From Roseibacillus sp. (GTDB lineage Bacteria; Verrucomicrobiota; Verrucomicrobiia; Verrucomicrobiales; Akkermansiaceae): a stretch of 64,000 nt of DNA. Of the stretch, positions 22,460 through 32,275 are shown one piece after another. The stretch covers positions 480,001-544,000 of the forward strand of contig JBPOGI010000003.1 of the NCBI GenBank assembly GCA_051251855.1, written 5' to 3'. Within the stretch, counting starts at the first letter, position 1; each line of letters opens with the position of its first letter. The position numbers and the translations under genes were made by a program. Below the pieces are notes generated by a model. It had not been told where the DNA came from, ran no database searches, and saw only the letters and a program-made list of their open reading frames with translations.

Positions 22460-23503
22460 ATGAGAATTCCTCCAATTTTCAATTTAGTTGTCCTCTTTCC
22501 CTTGATTGGAAGTCTCCATGGCCAAGGAGCGATCGATTGGACCGTAAGTGATGACGCCGCAGCGTGGGGTGGCACCGGGACCAATGCTTTTGCCACCAGC
22601 GGCGGAACCTATACCCGAAGTTCCGCTCTCATCAACAGCTCCGGAAATGCTTCGCCAGGCTATTCTGCTTCCGCAAATCAGTCCTTTGATGGTCCTTATG
22701 ATGGGAGTGCTGGAATTTTTGCCGATCGGAATACGCAGGGGGCCTTCACTCGCACTGACCCAAATGCAGTGATGAATCTGTCGGCCACAGGAGCCAGTGC
22801 TACCCTCCGAACAGCGGTGATTGCCTTTCAGTCTAATTTGGAATCGGGCCCCCTCAGCGGTCACTATTTGCAATTCGGGCTATCGAATTCCGATGCCATC
22901 ATAGGTGCCGTAGGAAACGATAGTCTCTTTGTAGGATTGGACCTTAATTCTGCTTCATCGAATGGACACATTGACTATGATCTGAACGTCTACGATGAGA
23001 GTACAGACTCGGATCCTCTGGATGGAGTTTGGAATTGGAGTCCTCTGGTTGACTTGGGGGGAAGTGCAGATGGCTTGAGGGTGGAGGTTTCCAATAATAC
23101 TACGGCAGGAGCGGATCCTGGGGTAATGAATGCCATCGAGCTGACTTATACCAACATGGGGAGTAATCTCCTGAGGCTCGATATCGGAGTCATGGGCCTA
23201 GACTACAGCGGAAGGGCCGCCGCGGATACTCTCACAGGGACCAGTCTTCTCTTTCAAGATTCAGTGGTGGTGGACCTGAATGCTTCCCCCCTTGATTTGA
23301 CGGCTCTGCGTCCTGCTTTTGGATTTAATTTTAATGATGCTGTGGATACTGCGCGAGCGGTTGGCACCGGCGTTTCTCTCGACTGGGAAGAGCAATATCC
23401 AACAGGATTCTCTGTGGCTGTGCCTGAGCCTTCAGCCCTTCTTCTCGTGATGGGTTCTCTGTCGCTCATTATGCAGCGGCGGCGTATGGCAACGGTCGCT
23501 TGA
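22460..23503 (+). CDS. PEP-CTERM sorting-domain protein
   Basis: Signal peptide MRIPPIFNLVVLF..; VPEPSALLLVMGSLSLIMQRRR. Confidence 0.9.
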   Translation: MRIPPIFNLVVLFPLIGSLHGQGAIDWTVSDDAAAWGGTGTNAFATSGGTYTRSSALINSSGNASPGYSASANQSFDGPYDGSAGIFADRNTQGAFTRTDPNAVMNLSATGASATLRTAVIAFQSNLESGPLSGHYLQFGLSNSDAIIGAVGNDSLFVGLDLNSASSNGHIDYDLNVYDESTDSDPLDGVWNWSPLVDLGGSADGLRVEVSNNTTAGADPGVMNAIELTYTNMGSNLLRLDIGVMGLDYSGRAAADTLTGTSLLFQDSVVVDLNASPLDLTALRPAFGFNFNDAVDTARAVGTGVSLDWEEQYPTGFSVAVPEPSALLLVMGSLSLIMQRRRMATVA

Positions 23504-23581
23504 GCTTCTCGCCCTGAGCTTTCCAGTGGTTGACTGACTCTGCTCTTCTCGCGAGAAGGGCTTCTTCTCATCGTTACAGCT

Positions 23582-25360
23582 GTGAAGAATCCTTGTAAAA
23601 TATCTTTCGGCCTCATGGTCTTTTGCGGGGTGTTCCTTCTCTTCGGGCGCACGGTTGGGTTCGACTTTATCAACTACGACGATCCGGCCTATGTCACCCA
23701 AAATGCGGCTTTGGCTGACGGGGTGACTCTTGATGGTTTCAAGTGGGCGGCAACCGAGACAGGAGAGACGAACCTTTGGCATCCCATGACTTGGGTGTCC
23801 CACATGGTGGATATCGAAGTCTTTGGAGTCGAACAGGCCGGAGGGCACCACTTGGTAAATGTCTTCTGGCATGCTCTTGCTGCGGTGGGATTGTTTCTTT
23901 TGCTCAAGAGGATCTTTGGCTCTGCCAAGATGGCATTGGTGGCGGCTTTGATTTGGGCTTTTCATCCGCAGCGAGTGCAGAGTGTTGTTTGGGTGAGTGA
24001 GCGTAAGGACGTGTTGAGTGGCGCGTTTCTGCTGTGGTCTTGGCTGGTGTGGGAAGAAGGGCGTGAGCGAGCGAAGGCAAGAGCTTGGCAGTGGCTGGCG
24101 GTCCTTCTTTTTCTGCTCGCGGCAATGGCAAAACCCAGCGTCGTGCCTTTGCCTTTGATTCTGTTACTGCGGGAGTTACTGAGAGGTGATCTGAAATGGG
24201 AGGGGAGGTCTCTGAGGAAAATCGCGTTTCAAGTGGCTCCCTTCTTTGCTGTCTCGTTGGCTGTCGTAACCTTGACCCTTTGGTTTCAGCAAAAGGGTGG
24301 GTTGGCTGATGTTTCTCAGACCATGCCCTTGTCGCGCCGTCTCATGTTGATGCCTGGGGTGCTCTGGTGGTATCCGCAAACCTTCGTCTGGCCTTTCCCA
24401 CAGCGCCTTTGGGTTTATCCACAGGAAGGGAGATTGACGGAGTGGCTGTTTCCCGTGGTCGGATTTTCTGCCGTTCTGGTTCTCACTTGGTTCGCTCGGC
24501 GAGAGAGATTGGTGTTGCTCGGTGCAGGGGTGTTTCTGCTGCTTTGGCTGCCGGTGAGTGGGCTTGTTGCGGTGAGCTTCTACAATGTCGCCGATCGTTA
24601 TGCCTATCTGCCTCATCTCGGGTTGGTGATCTATTTGGTGGGTGTTTGGAAGTGGTTGGTGAAGAGAACTCGTGAGAGCGTTGCGGGATTTGCTCCTGTA
24701 GTTGCTTCCGTGTTGTTTGTTGTTTTGGCTGGGTCTACTTGGAAGCAAACAAGTTATTGGAAAAACAGTGAGACTCTTTTTTCTCGTGAGCGTGCTATTA
24801 ATCCTCGCAGTCTTTTAGCTCCCATACAACTGGCGGTTGCTTTGGAACAGAAGGGGAAGTTGAAGGAGTCGCTCGGTCTTTATCATGAAGCACTCGGCAT
24901 TGACAATGAGTCGGGATTGGCTGCCACCAATGCGGGGCGCATCTACTTGAAAATGGGTCAAGAGGGAGAGGCGATTCATATGTTTCGCCAAGCGATAGAG
25001 AAGAAAACGCTCAACTCGGAGCAACCCTATCTCTTGCTGTGCAAGCTGCTGGTTGATGGTGGTTCGGCGAGCGAGGCAACGGCTGTGTTGGAGAAAGGAA
25101 TGGTGCGCTTTCCTGCTAAGACAACTTTGCCTATGGAAAGAGGGGCGCTTGCACAAAGTGTGCTGCGTGACCCTCGCGAAGCGATGATGTGGTTCGAACG
25201 GGTGCTCAAGCTGGAGCCACTCCATCCCGATGCGTTGCAGGGGAAGGGGGTGGCTCTGCTCGAAGTAGGTGAGGTGGAAGAGGGGAGACGAACTCTCCGG
25301 AAACTTCTGAAGCATCATCCCGAGAGAGAAGCGATTCGGAGGTTTTTGGAAAAAAGATGA
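23582..25360 (+). CDS. TMTC-like GT-C membrane glycosyltransferase with TPR repeats
   Basis: FINYDDPAYV, WHPMTW, HLVNVFWH, FHPQRVQSVVWVSERKDVL, ADRYAYLP, many TM helices and C-terminal TPRs. Confidence 0.8.
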   Translation: MKNPCKISFGLMVFCGVFLLFGRTVGFDFINYDDPAYVTQNAALADGVTLDGFKWAATETGETNLWHPMTWVSHMVDIEVFGVEQAGGHHLVNVFWHALAAVGLFLLLKRIFGSAKMALVAALIWAFHPQRVQSVVWVSERKDVLSGAFLLWSWLVWEEGRERAKARAWQWLAVLLFLLAAMAKPSVVPLPLILLLRELLRGDLKWEGRSLRKIAFQVAPFFAVSLAVVTLTLWFQQKGGLADVSQTMPLSRRLMLMPGVLWWYPQTFVWPFPQRLWVYPQEGRLTEWLFPVVGFSAVLVLTWFARRERLVLLGAGVFLLLWLPVSGLVAVSFYNVADRYAYLPHLGLVIYLVGVWKWLVKRTRESVAGFAPVVASVLFVVLAGSTWKQTSYWKNSETLFSRERAINPRSLLAPIQLAVALEQKGKLKESLGLYHEALGIDNESGLAATNAGRIYLKMGQEGEAIHMFRQAIEKKTLNSEQPYLLLCKLLVDGGSASEATAVLEKGMVRFPAKTTLPMERGALAQSVLRDPREAMMWFERVLKLEPLHPDALQGKGVALLEVGEVEEGRRTLRKLLKHHPEREAIRRFLEKR

Positions 25361-25365
25361 GCGCT

Positions 25366-26208
25366 CTAGCCTCTTGGAGCTAAAGAGATGCCGTCACTAC
25401 CGAGAACGATTTTACGCTGTTTGTAGAGCGCTCCAGTGGCGCGCTTGAAGGCCTTTTTGCTGACGCCAAGGGCTTTGTAAATGTCTTCGGCTGGGCTCTT
25501 GTCGCAGAGGTGCCAGAAGCCGCCGCGGTCTTCGAGCTCCTTGAGCAAGCGCTCTTCCAGTTCTTCGACGAGGTATTCTTTGGGGGGATAGAGGGAGAGA
25601 TCGATTTTGCCATCGTCACGAATCTTGGTGATGTAGCCGGTGGTTTCTTCACCAGCATGGAGGCGGCGGAAGACGGTGTCGTTGTAGATGACGCCGGAGG
25701 CCTCATGATTGATGATGGCTTTGTAGCCGAGCTCGGTCTTGCCATAGAGAATGAGTTCGACTGCTTCTCCTTCGAGGTAGGGTGGCTTTTCTTTGCTGAA
25801 AAATTTGGAGAGGCGGCGGCTGGCGACGATACGCTCGGTGACGGGATCGACGTGAACATAGACGACGTAGGAGCGGCCGACTTCGCAGGGTTCCTTTTGC
25901 TCGCGGAAGGGGAGGAGGAGGTCTTTGGGGAGTCCCCAGTCGAGAAAGGTACCGACGTCGGTGGATTGCACTGCTTCGAGATAGCCGAACTGTCCGGGCA
26001 TCACCTTGGGAAAGCGGGTGGTGGCGATGGGGCGGTCTTCGGAATCGCGGTAGATGAAGACTTCGATCTCGCTTCCCATGAGGGTGCCTTTGGGGACTTC
26101 CAATTTGGGTAGAAGGATGTCACCGAGATGTCGACCGGCGTCGAGGAAGACTCCCATTGGGGCTTCTCGCATTACGGTGAGTTCTACTCGGTCGCCTATT
26201 TCTGCCAT
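25366..26208 (-). CDS. CvfB/YitL-like S1-domain RNA-binding protein
   Basis: GVFLD, VFIYRDSEDR, GTFLDWGLPKDLLLP, winged-helix SKKAFKRATGALYK. Confidence 0.88.
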   Translation of the reverse strand: MAEIGDRVELTVMREAPMGVFLDAGRHLGDILLPKLEVPKGTLMGSEIEVFIYRDSEDRPIATTRFPKVMPGQFGYLEAVQSTDVGTFLDWGLPKDLLLPFREQKEPCEVGRSYVVYVHVDPVTERIVASRRLSKFFSKEKPPYLEGEAVELILYGKTELGYKAIINHEASGVIYNDTVFRRLHAGEETTGYITKIRDDGKIDLSLYPPKEYLVEELEERLLKELEDRGGFWHLCDKSPAEDIYKALGVSKKAFKRATGALYKQRKIVLGSDGISLAPRG

Positions 26209-26262
26209 GGCAGGAGTGTGCCTGCGCCGTCTTCTTTTTCCTACTGCAAAAAGAGGGTCTCG

Positions 26263-27696
26263 TTAGATTCCTGTTAAACTCAGCCAGAGAGGCATGATGA
26301 GGGCCGCCGCGCCCATCACGAGCCCGGGGAGCAGGAAGTCGCGGGCTTGGAGCCGGTCAGAGCCGTAGACAATGGCATTGGGGGGAGTCGAGATCGGCAA
26401 TGCCATAGCCATGGAGCAGGAAAGGGCAATCGCTAGGAGTACGAGAGGCACGTTTTCATGGGGAGCAATACTAATCGCCAGCGGCACCAGCATCGCGGCG
26501 GTGGCGGTGTTGCTCATGAGGTTGGAAAGAACCACGGCGATGGTACCGAAGGCCATCGCCATCGCGAGTCCTCCCAGAGTGCCGGGAACTTTGCCCGCCA
26601 ACCACTCGGCGAGCCCGCTTTCTTGCACCCCTACTCCCAATGAGAGTCCACCCGCGAGAAGGAGGAGGACATCCCATGGTAAGGCGCGGATATCTTCGGA
26701 ATCAATCACGCCGGCGACCGCGAGAGCCACGATGGGAATGAAGGAGACGACTGGGGCAGCGACCCCAAAAAGTGATTCTCCCATCCACATCGCGACCGTA
26801 GTGGAAAACACGATCATGACCGTGAGTCGGTGGCGCTTGGAGCGGGCGCATTGCTTTTCGATTTTCTCCAAGGAGAGTTTTCCCGTCTTTTCACCGCGAA
26901 TCCAAACCCACCAAATCAGGAGGTAGCCTAGGACTGAGAGTAGAAGCGCGGGAGGAAGAGCCATCAGCATCCATTCGAAAAAATCCAGTCTCTGATCTGC
27001 TGGTAACTGGGCTGCCACGATGGCATTAGGCGGGGTTCCAATAATGGTGCCGATGCCTCCCAAGTTGGCCGCCACTGCGATTGAGAGTACCATTCCTTTC
27101 GCGAAGCGGCTCTCCTTGGGTAAAGAGAGAAAAAGTGGCGCAACTATTGCCATCATCATGGCAGCGGTCGCGGTGTTAGACATGAACATGCTGAAGACAA
27201 AAGTAACAGCCATCATCCCGGCCATGAGCTTGGCGGGACTCCCTGTCAGATGACCTAAGAGGATGCCTGCCAGCCACCGATCCAATTCGGTCTTGGTGCA
27301 GGCCTGCGCGAGCACAAAGCCGCCGATAAAGAGCCACATCGTGGGCTGGGCCCAAGGTGCAACGAAGGTGGTCCAGCCCTTCGTGTTTTCCTCCGCAAAA
27401 AGAACTCCTCCAGGGAGGCCTAGAAGCGCGATTTGTAGACCGATGACGAGGACGCCCACGGCGAAGGCAGGCATGGCTTCCATGACCCAGAGCAAGGCGG
27501 CGAAGATAAGAATTCCCAGTGAAATTTGACCGGCAGGTTCCAGCCCCTTGTAAAGCGGCCACTGCAAGAGGGAAGGGGTTCCCACCACCGCCAAGGCGAT
27601 ACCAAAAGCCAGCAAGGTCTTGCGAATGCTCCTTCGCTCTTCATTGCTAAAGCTGCCTAGCAGTCGCTTGGCCTGTGTTCTCGTATCCCGTGCCAT
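26263..27696 (-). CDS. SLC13/DASS family sodium:anion symporter
   Basis: MSNTATA twice, GTPPNAI, PISTPPNAIVY. Confidence 0.9.
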   Translation of the reverse strand: MARDTRTQAKRLLGSFSNEERRSIRKTLLAFGIALAVVGTPSLLQWPLYKGLEPAGQISLGILIFAALLWVMEAMPAFAVGVLVIGLQIALLGLPGGVLFAEENTKGWTTFVAPWAQPTMWLFIGGFVLAQACTKTELDRWLAGILLGHLTGSPAKLMAGMMAVTFVFSMFMSNTATAAMMMAIVAPLFLSLPKESRFAKGMVLSIAVAANLGGIGTIIGTPPNAIVAAQLPADQRLDFFEWMLMALPPALLLSVLGYLLIWWVWIRGEKTGKLSLEKIEKQCARSKRHRLTVMIVFSTTVAMWMGESLFGVAAPVVSFIPIVALAVAGVIDSEDIRALPWDVLLLLAGGLSLGVGVQESGLAEWLAGKVPGTLGGLAMAMAFGTIAVVLSNLMSNTATAAMLVPLAISIAPHENVPLVLLAIALSCSMAMALPISTPPNAIVYGSDRLQARDFLLPGLVMGAAALIMPLWLSLTGI

Positions 27697-27796
27697 GACG
27701 TCAGTTGTCTTTCACCACGCAGGTTGCTTGCCAAATGAAGTCCGCTTTTGCCGCTCTTCAGAGAAGACCGTGTAACGCTACTCTCATAGAGTTGGC

Positions 27797-28630
27797 TTAG
27801 CCCGCTTCGCCACACCAAGTCCACATGTCGGGGTCGGTGGCGGATTTGATTTCGGTGGCGAGTTTGTCACCATCGACGCCTTCTTCAAGAACGGCGAAAA
27901 CGGTGGAACCAGAGCCGCTCATCATCGCGGCTTGCACGCCTTCGGTGGCGAGGAGCTTGCGCTTGAGGATGGCGAGGAAAAGATGCTTTTCAAAGACTGG
28001 CCTTTCGAGGTCGTTCATCATCTTGACACCTGCAGATTCCTGAGGGCCATAGGGAATGTCAGCGTGCTCGCGGGAGAATTTCCAGCGGCGGTAGGCTTGC
28101 TCGGTGGAAACGGGGAAGCCGGGTTTGAAGAGGAGGACGGTCTCGTTCCACTCGATACCAGCGGCTTCGACATCAGTGCCGCGGCCACGACACCAGCAGG
28201 CTTCGTCGAAGAAGAAGAAGGGAACGTCGGAACCGAGGTCGGCGCCGATTTTGGAAAGTTTGTTGAACTCGATGGGCTCGTCGTAGAGGGCGTTGAGGCC
28301 CAGTAAGGTAGCGGCGGCATCACTGGAGCCTCCTCCGAGTCCCGCGCCGTGTGGAATGGCCTTTTCGAGGCGGATTTTATAGCCGACTTTGACGTCTGCT
28401 TCTTGCTCGAAGGCGCGCACGGCGCGAGTGACGAGGTTGGTGCCATCGGTGGGCACGCCGGGGGCATCGCATTCGAGAGAAAAGGAGTCTGCGGACTCGA
28501 AATGCAGCTGATCACTCAGTCCCCGAAGCGGAGTCATGAGAGTTTCCACCTTATGAAATCCATCACGTCGTCTCCCAAAAACACGCAGGGAGAGGTTTAA
28601 TTTAGCCGGGGCATCTACGAGCACGGCCAA
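27797..28630 (-). CDS. ispE: 4-diphosphocytidyl-2-C-methyl-D-erythritol kinase
   Basis: APAKLNL, PHGAGLGGGSSDAA, GSDVPFF, MSGSGST; start uncertain (28624/28630/28660). Confidence 0.93.
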   Translation of the reverse strand: MAVLVDAPAKLNLSLRVFGRRRDGFHKVETLMTPLRGLSDQLHFESADSFSLECDAPGVPTDGTNLVTRAVRAFEQEADVKVGYKIRLEKAIPHGAGLGGGSSDAAATLLGLNALYDEPIEFNKLSKIGADLGSDVPFFFFDEACWCRGRGTDVEAAGIEWNETVLLFKPGFPVSTEQAYRRWKFSREHADIPYGPQESAGVKMMNDLERPVFEKHLFLAILKRKLLATEGVQAAMMSGSGSTVFAVLEEGVDGDKLATEIKSATDPDMWTWCGEAG

Positions 28631-28703
28631 GGAAGTGCCAGAAGTGGGGCAGAAATCCAATTTTCATTTTCAAAATCTCGCATTCGCCCGTATGCCTCTG
28701 GGT

Positions 28704-29375
28704 ATGAAGAATTGGACTTTCCAAGACACAATCGTCGCTCCTTCCCTGCTTGCGGCTGATTTTGGCCGGGTGGCGGAAGAAACTTCCCGAGCCATCAATG
28801 CAGGCGGGGATTGGCTTCATCTCGACATTATGGACGGAAATTTCGTCGATAATATCTCATTTGGACCTGCCATGGTGGAAACGGTGCATGCGACCAACGA
28901 TGTTTTTCTAGATGTGCACCTCATGATCAAGCGGCCTGACCACTATTTGGCGCGATTTGTGAAGGCGGGGGCCGATATGGTGACCGTGCACGTCGAGGAC
29001 GAGGCGGATCACGAGGTGGCGGCGACTTTGAGCGCGATTCGGGCTGCGGGGGTGAAGGCGGGACTGGCCTTGAATCCTGCGACCCCCTTTTCGGCGGTGG
29101 AGCCTTTTTTGGAGCAGATCGACATGCTGCTTTGCATGACGGTGGTGCCTGGGTTTGGCGGGCAGGCGTTCATGCCAGAAATCATGGCCAAAGTGGAGCA
29201 GGCGGCGGCTCTTCGTAAGGAAAAGGGGTTGAGTTACCACATCCAAGTGGATGGTGGAGTCGACGTCGAAACCTCGGTGTTGTGTCGAGAAGCGGGAGCG
29301 AATGTTTTGGTGGCGGGGTCTTCGACATTTAAGGCTCCGGATATGAAGGCGGCGGTGGCAGCTGTGCGGGGTTAG
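28704..29375 (+). CDS. rpe: Ribulose-phosphate 3-epimerase
   Basis: APSLLAADF, HLDIMDG, DVHLM, PGFGGQ, VDGG; alternative start at 28692. Confidence 0.95.
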   Translation: MKNWTFQDTIVAPSLLAADFGRVAEETSRAINAGGDWLHLDIMDGNFVDNISFGPAMVETVHATNDVFLDVHLMIKRPDHYLARFVKAGADMVTVHVEDEADHEVAATLSAIRAAGVKAGLALNPATPFSAVEPFLEQIDMLLCMTVVPGFGGQAFMPEIMAKVEQAAALRKEKGLSYHIQVDGGVDVETSVLCREAGANVLVAGSSTFKAPDMKAAVAAVRG

Positions 29376-29562
29376 TCGGGTGGATTTTTTTAACTAAGAC
29401 TCCTATTCTTGAATCCTATCCATTCTGGTCCCTATCAGGAAAGTGATTGTGCTCGTAATACGAAGGAGTTGAGGGACGTTTAGAAACAGTGATGAAAGAA
29501 AACTCTCAAGCGGTCTTGGAGGCGGCGCGGCTCAGTACTTTGAGTATGGAAAGGAGGTCCTT

Positions 29563-30441
29563 GTGATCCGAGTGAACGGTGAGCTCGTTAATCCGAATCT
29601 GTTTGAGGAGGCTTTCTCTCGCATCAAGTCGGAGGCGGAGCTTCGCACGCAGGTTTCTTGTTGTGAGCGAGATGATGAATTTAGCAAAGAGGCGGAAGAA
29701 GAGGTCATTGATTCCATTCTGATTGCGCAGGAAGCGGAGAAGAATCATCAGAACTTAGATGAGGGCGAGGTCACTGCGGCCCTCGAAGAGATGATCAAGC
29801 TCTATCGCGAGCATGGGGCTTCATGGGAGATGTTGGAAGCTGAGCGCGACAACTTGCGCGAAGAGGTGATGGCGAACTTACGCATGGAGAGGTTCATGGG
29901 AGAGCATCTTCCGGTGGTCACGGCGCCCAGCCAAGAGGAGTTAGCGAGCTACTATGAATCTCGTAGAAAAGAGTATCGTTCATTGCCGGAGGCGCATTGT
30001 TTGCACCTAATTCGAATGATTGACGGGCATGACGATCAGCGTGCCTTGCTGGAAGAAATGACGGAGCAGCGGAATCGCGCTTTGGCGGGAGAGGACTTTG
30101 CGGAGTTGGCCAAGACGGCGACCGAGAAGTCGAGCAAAGATATCGATCTAGGTTGGGTTCCGTTGGACCGGCCGACGAATCCCTTTGAGACTATTCTTTT
30201 CTCGATGCAGGTCGGGGAGATTTCGCCGGTGATTAGCTACGAGCATGCTCTTCATTTGGTAAAGGTGACCGAGCGGCGAGGGGGGGAAGCGCCGGCTTTG
30301 GAAGAGGTGGCTGAAGAACTCAGCAATCGCTATGTGTTGGAGAAGAGGCAGGCGGCTTTGCGGGTGCTGGCGGAAAAGTTGCGCGAGACCGCTACGATTG
30401 AGCGAGTAGATTTCGAAGCCGGCGATTCGGAGAAGGATTGA
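29563..30441 (+). CDS. Parvulin (PpiC-type) peptidylprolyl isomerase with SurA-like N-terminal domain
   Basis: HCLHL, EDFAELAK, DLGW, GEISPVI..LHLVKV; AAGGAGGT upstream of the GTG. Confidence 0.8.
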   Translation: MIRVNGELVNPNLFEEAFSRIKSEAELRTQVSCCERDDEFSKEAEEEVIDSILIAQEAEKNHQNLDEGEVTAALEEMIKLYREHGASWEMLEAERDNLREEVMANLRMERFMGEHLPVVTAPSQEELASYYESRRKEYRSLPEAHCLHLIRMIDGHDDQRALLEEMTEQRNRALAGEDFAELAKTATEKSSKDIDLGWVPLDRPTNPFETILFSMQVGEISPVISYEHALHLVKVTERRGGEAPALEEVAEELSNRYVLEKRQAALRVLAEKLRETATIERVDFEAGDSEKD

Positions 30442-30456
30442 GGAGGGACGACTTCG

Positions 30457-31260
30457 TTAGCTTTTCTCATTTACGAGGCTGAGAAGATGTTTCGCAAAGG
30501 TTTCGCCCAATTCGATTTGGCCGTCGTGGTTGTAGTGCCCCTTGTTGATACGGTCAAAGTCATCGGTGTCGAAGCAGGCGGCATTCTCATCTTCTTGGGC
30601 GATGGTTTCTAGGGCCGCCCGAACGAGAGGGCCATTGCCTGCGGGTTTGTCGAAGGTGGGGAGAATACGACCCATCACAAAGGGCATTTCCCGTTCCTTG
30701 AATTCACTTCGCATTTCTTTGATGAAGTCCTTGAGGCTGTCCTCATATTCAGCACCCATACCTTGGTCGGCATCGCTTTCGCCCTGCATCCAGAGCATGC
30801 CGCCGATGGTGTATTTGACTTTGCTGTCGTCCAAGTTTTCAAGTGCGGCTTTGGCTGTGGTGAGAAATCTTCTCAGCATGGGGCCCTTTCCGTCCTCTAT
30901 TTTCCAATGCTTGTGCAGGGAGGTGCCTCCGGCAGCTGTTTTGATGAGATAGATGTTGTCGTCGGGATAGGCTTTGCGCATCGCGCGACCAAAGGAGAGT
31001 TCAGGGCCGAAGCGTCCTTCGTTGGCAGATACTCCGGGACCGATGTCTTGCCATTGGCCTTTGTTCCAAATTTGAACGCCTTCGGGTGGTTTTTGTTCGG
31101 ACTTACTCAGTTGGTCAAAGAGACCTGCGCCAGACATGTTTGACTGGCCGGCGAGTAAGAAGACGCGAGCCTCTGCGGAAGCCTTGAGGATCATGAGCGT
31201 TAGGGAGAGGGCGAGGATCGTAAAAAGCTTCGGAGTCCGAGAGGGGTAAAGAGAGCTCAT
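30457..31260 (-). CDS. Secreted SASA-family (sialate O-acetylesterase-like) esterase
   Basis: Signal peptide; LAGQSNM, FGPELSF, WMQGESD. Confidence 0.85.
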   Translation of the reverse strand: MSSLYPSRTPKLFTILALSLTLMILKASAEARVFLLAGQSNMSGAGLFDQLSKSEQKPPEGVQIWNKGQWQDIGPGVSANEGRFGPELSFGRAMRKAYPDDNIYLIKTAAGGTSLHKHWKIEDGKGPMLRRFLTTAKAALENLDDSKVKYTIGGMLWMQGESDADQGMGAEYEDSLKDFIKEMRSEFKEREMPFVMGRILPTFDKPAGNGPLVRAALETIAQEDENAACFDTDDFDRINKGHYNHDGQIELGETFAKHLLSLVNEKS

Positions 31261-31315
31261 TTCTGACAGGCTAAGTTTAGGAGTCTCTTTTTCAAACCCT
31301 AAATGATAGTCCGCT

Positions 31316-32029
31316 TCATGGGCTGGGAGAGTGGCTTTTGGTGAGGTGGAGTTGATAGCCGATGCCTGGAGCGGTGAGAAGATGTTGTGGTTGAGCGGGG
31401 TCGGTTTCTATTTTTTTGCGAAGAGTGGCGATGTGATTGTCTACGGTGCGAGTAGTAGGAAAGGAGCCATAGGACCAGACGCGGTCCAGAAAGGTTTCGC
31501 GGCTGACGGGCTGGTTGGGTGTTTCGGCAAGGAGTTGAAGGATGCCGAGTTCTTTGTGGGTGAGAGCGAGAGGCTGTTCGTCTTTGAGACAAGTTTGAGA
31601 GGCAAAGTCGATGGCGATGTTTCCGAGGGTGAGGGTGGATGGAGAGTCGGGAATGTCGAGACGGCGGAGAAGGGCGCGAACCCGGGCGGTGAGTTCGGAG
31701 AGGCTAAAGGGTTTGACGAGGTAGTCGTCAGCTCCGGCGTCGAGGCCATTGACCCGGTCATTGACGAGGCCGCGGGCGGTGAGCATGAGGATGGGGACGG
31801 GGTCTTTGCGCTTACGGATTTCGCGACAAATGGCGAAGCCGTCGAGCTTGGGGAGCATGAGGTCGAGAAGGATGAGGTCGGGGGATTCGGTGAGGGCGAG
31901 GGTGAGGCCTTGTTCGCCGTCGGCAGCGGGGATGACGCGGTGTCCTTCGGCTTCGAGGGCATCAGTGAGGCCGATGCGGAGCGGGGTTTCGTCTTCGACG
32001 AGAAGGATGCGGGCGGAGTGAGACTTCAT
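31316..32029 (-). CDS. OmpR/PhoB family response regulator
   Basis: LLVEDE, LLDLMLP, GADDYLVKPF, winged-helix RTVDNHIATLRKK. Confidence 0.95.
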   Translation of the reverse strand: MKSHSARILLVEDETPLRIGLTDALEAEGHRVIPAADGEQGLTLALTESPDLILLDLMLPKLDGFAICREIRKRKDPVPILMLTARGLVNDRVNGLDAGADDYLVKPFSLSELTARVRALLRRLDIPDSPSTLTLGNIAIDFASQTCLKDEQPLALTHKELGILQLLAETPNQPVSRETFLDRVWSYGSFPTTRTVDNHIATLRKKIETDPAQPQHLLTAPGIGYQLHLTKSHSPSP

Positions 32030-32076
32030 GCGGGATTATTTGAACAGGAGGTAAGGAGGACGAGGCTGGGTGTACG

Positions 32077-32158
32077 GACTAGTGTGATTTTCAACGCAGA
32101 GTCGCAGAGGACGCGGAGTGAACGCGGAGGACGGACTGATGTGTTTTTTTGAGATTTG
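32077..32158 (+). repeat. CGCAGAG-unit repeat, solo copy A
   Basis: GACTAGT..TTCAACGCAGAGTCGCAGAGGACGCGGAGTGAACGCGGAGGACGGAC..GTGTTTTTTTGAG; aligns with 37310-37389 and with the GxxExxY inverted repeats. Confidence 0.9.
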
Positions 32159-32275
32159 AACCACCGCTCTGCGGGGCACGGCAGAAGGCAACAAAGGAAG
32201 CGAAGTCGGGGTTGGATGTTTATTTTTGAACAGAAGGTGAAGAGAGAAAGGAACTTCGATTCGTAGCTTTGGTTT

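Noticed and set aside
29395..29465. Low-complexity TCCTAT repeats after rpe
   Set aside because: Short and irregular; no consistent period or second copy in the window
29492..29566. 24-codon ORF overlapping the parvulin start
   Set aside because: No recognisable features; the parvulin has its own SD sequence; likely chance
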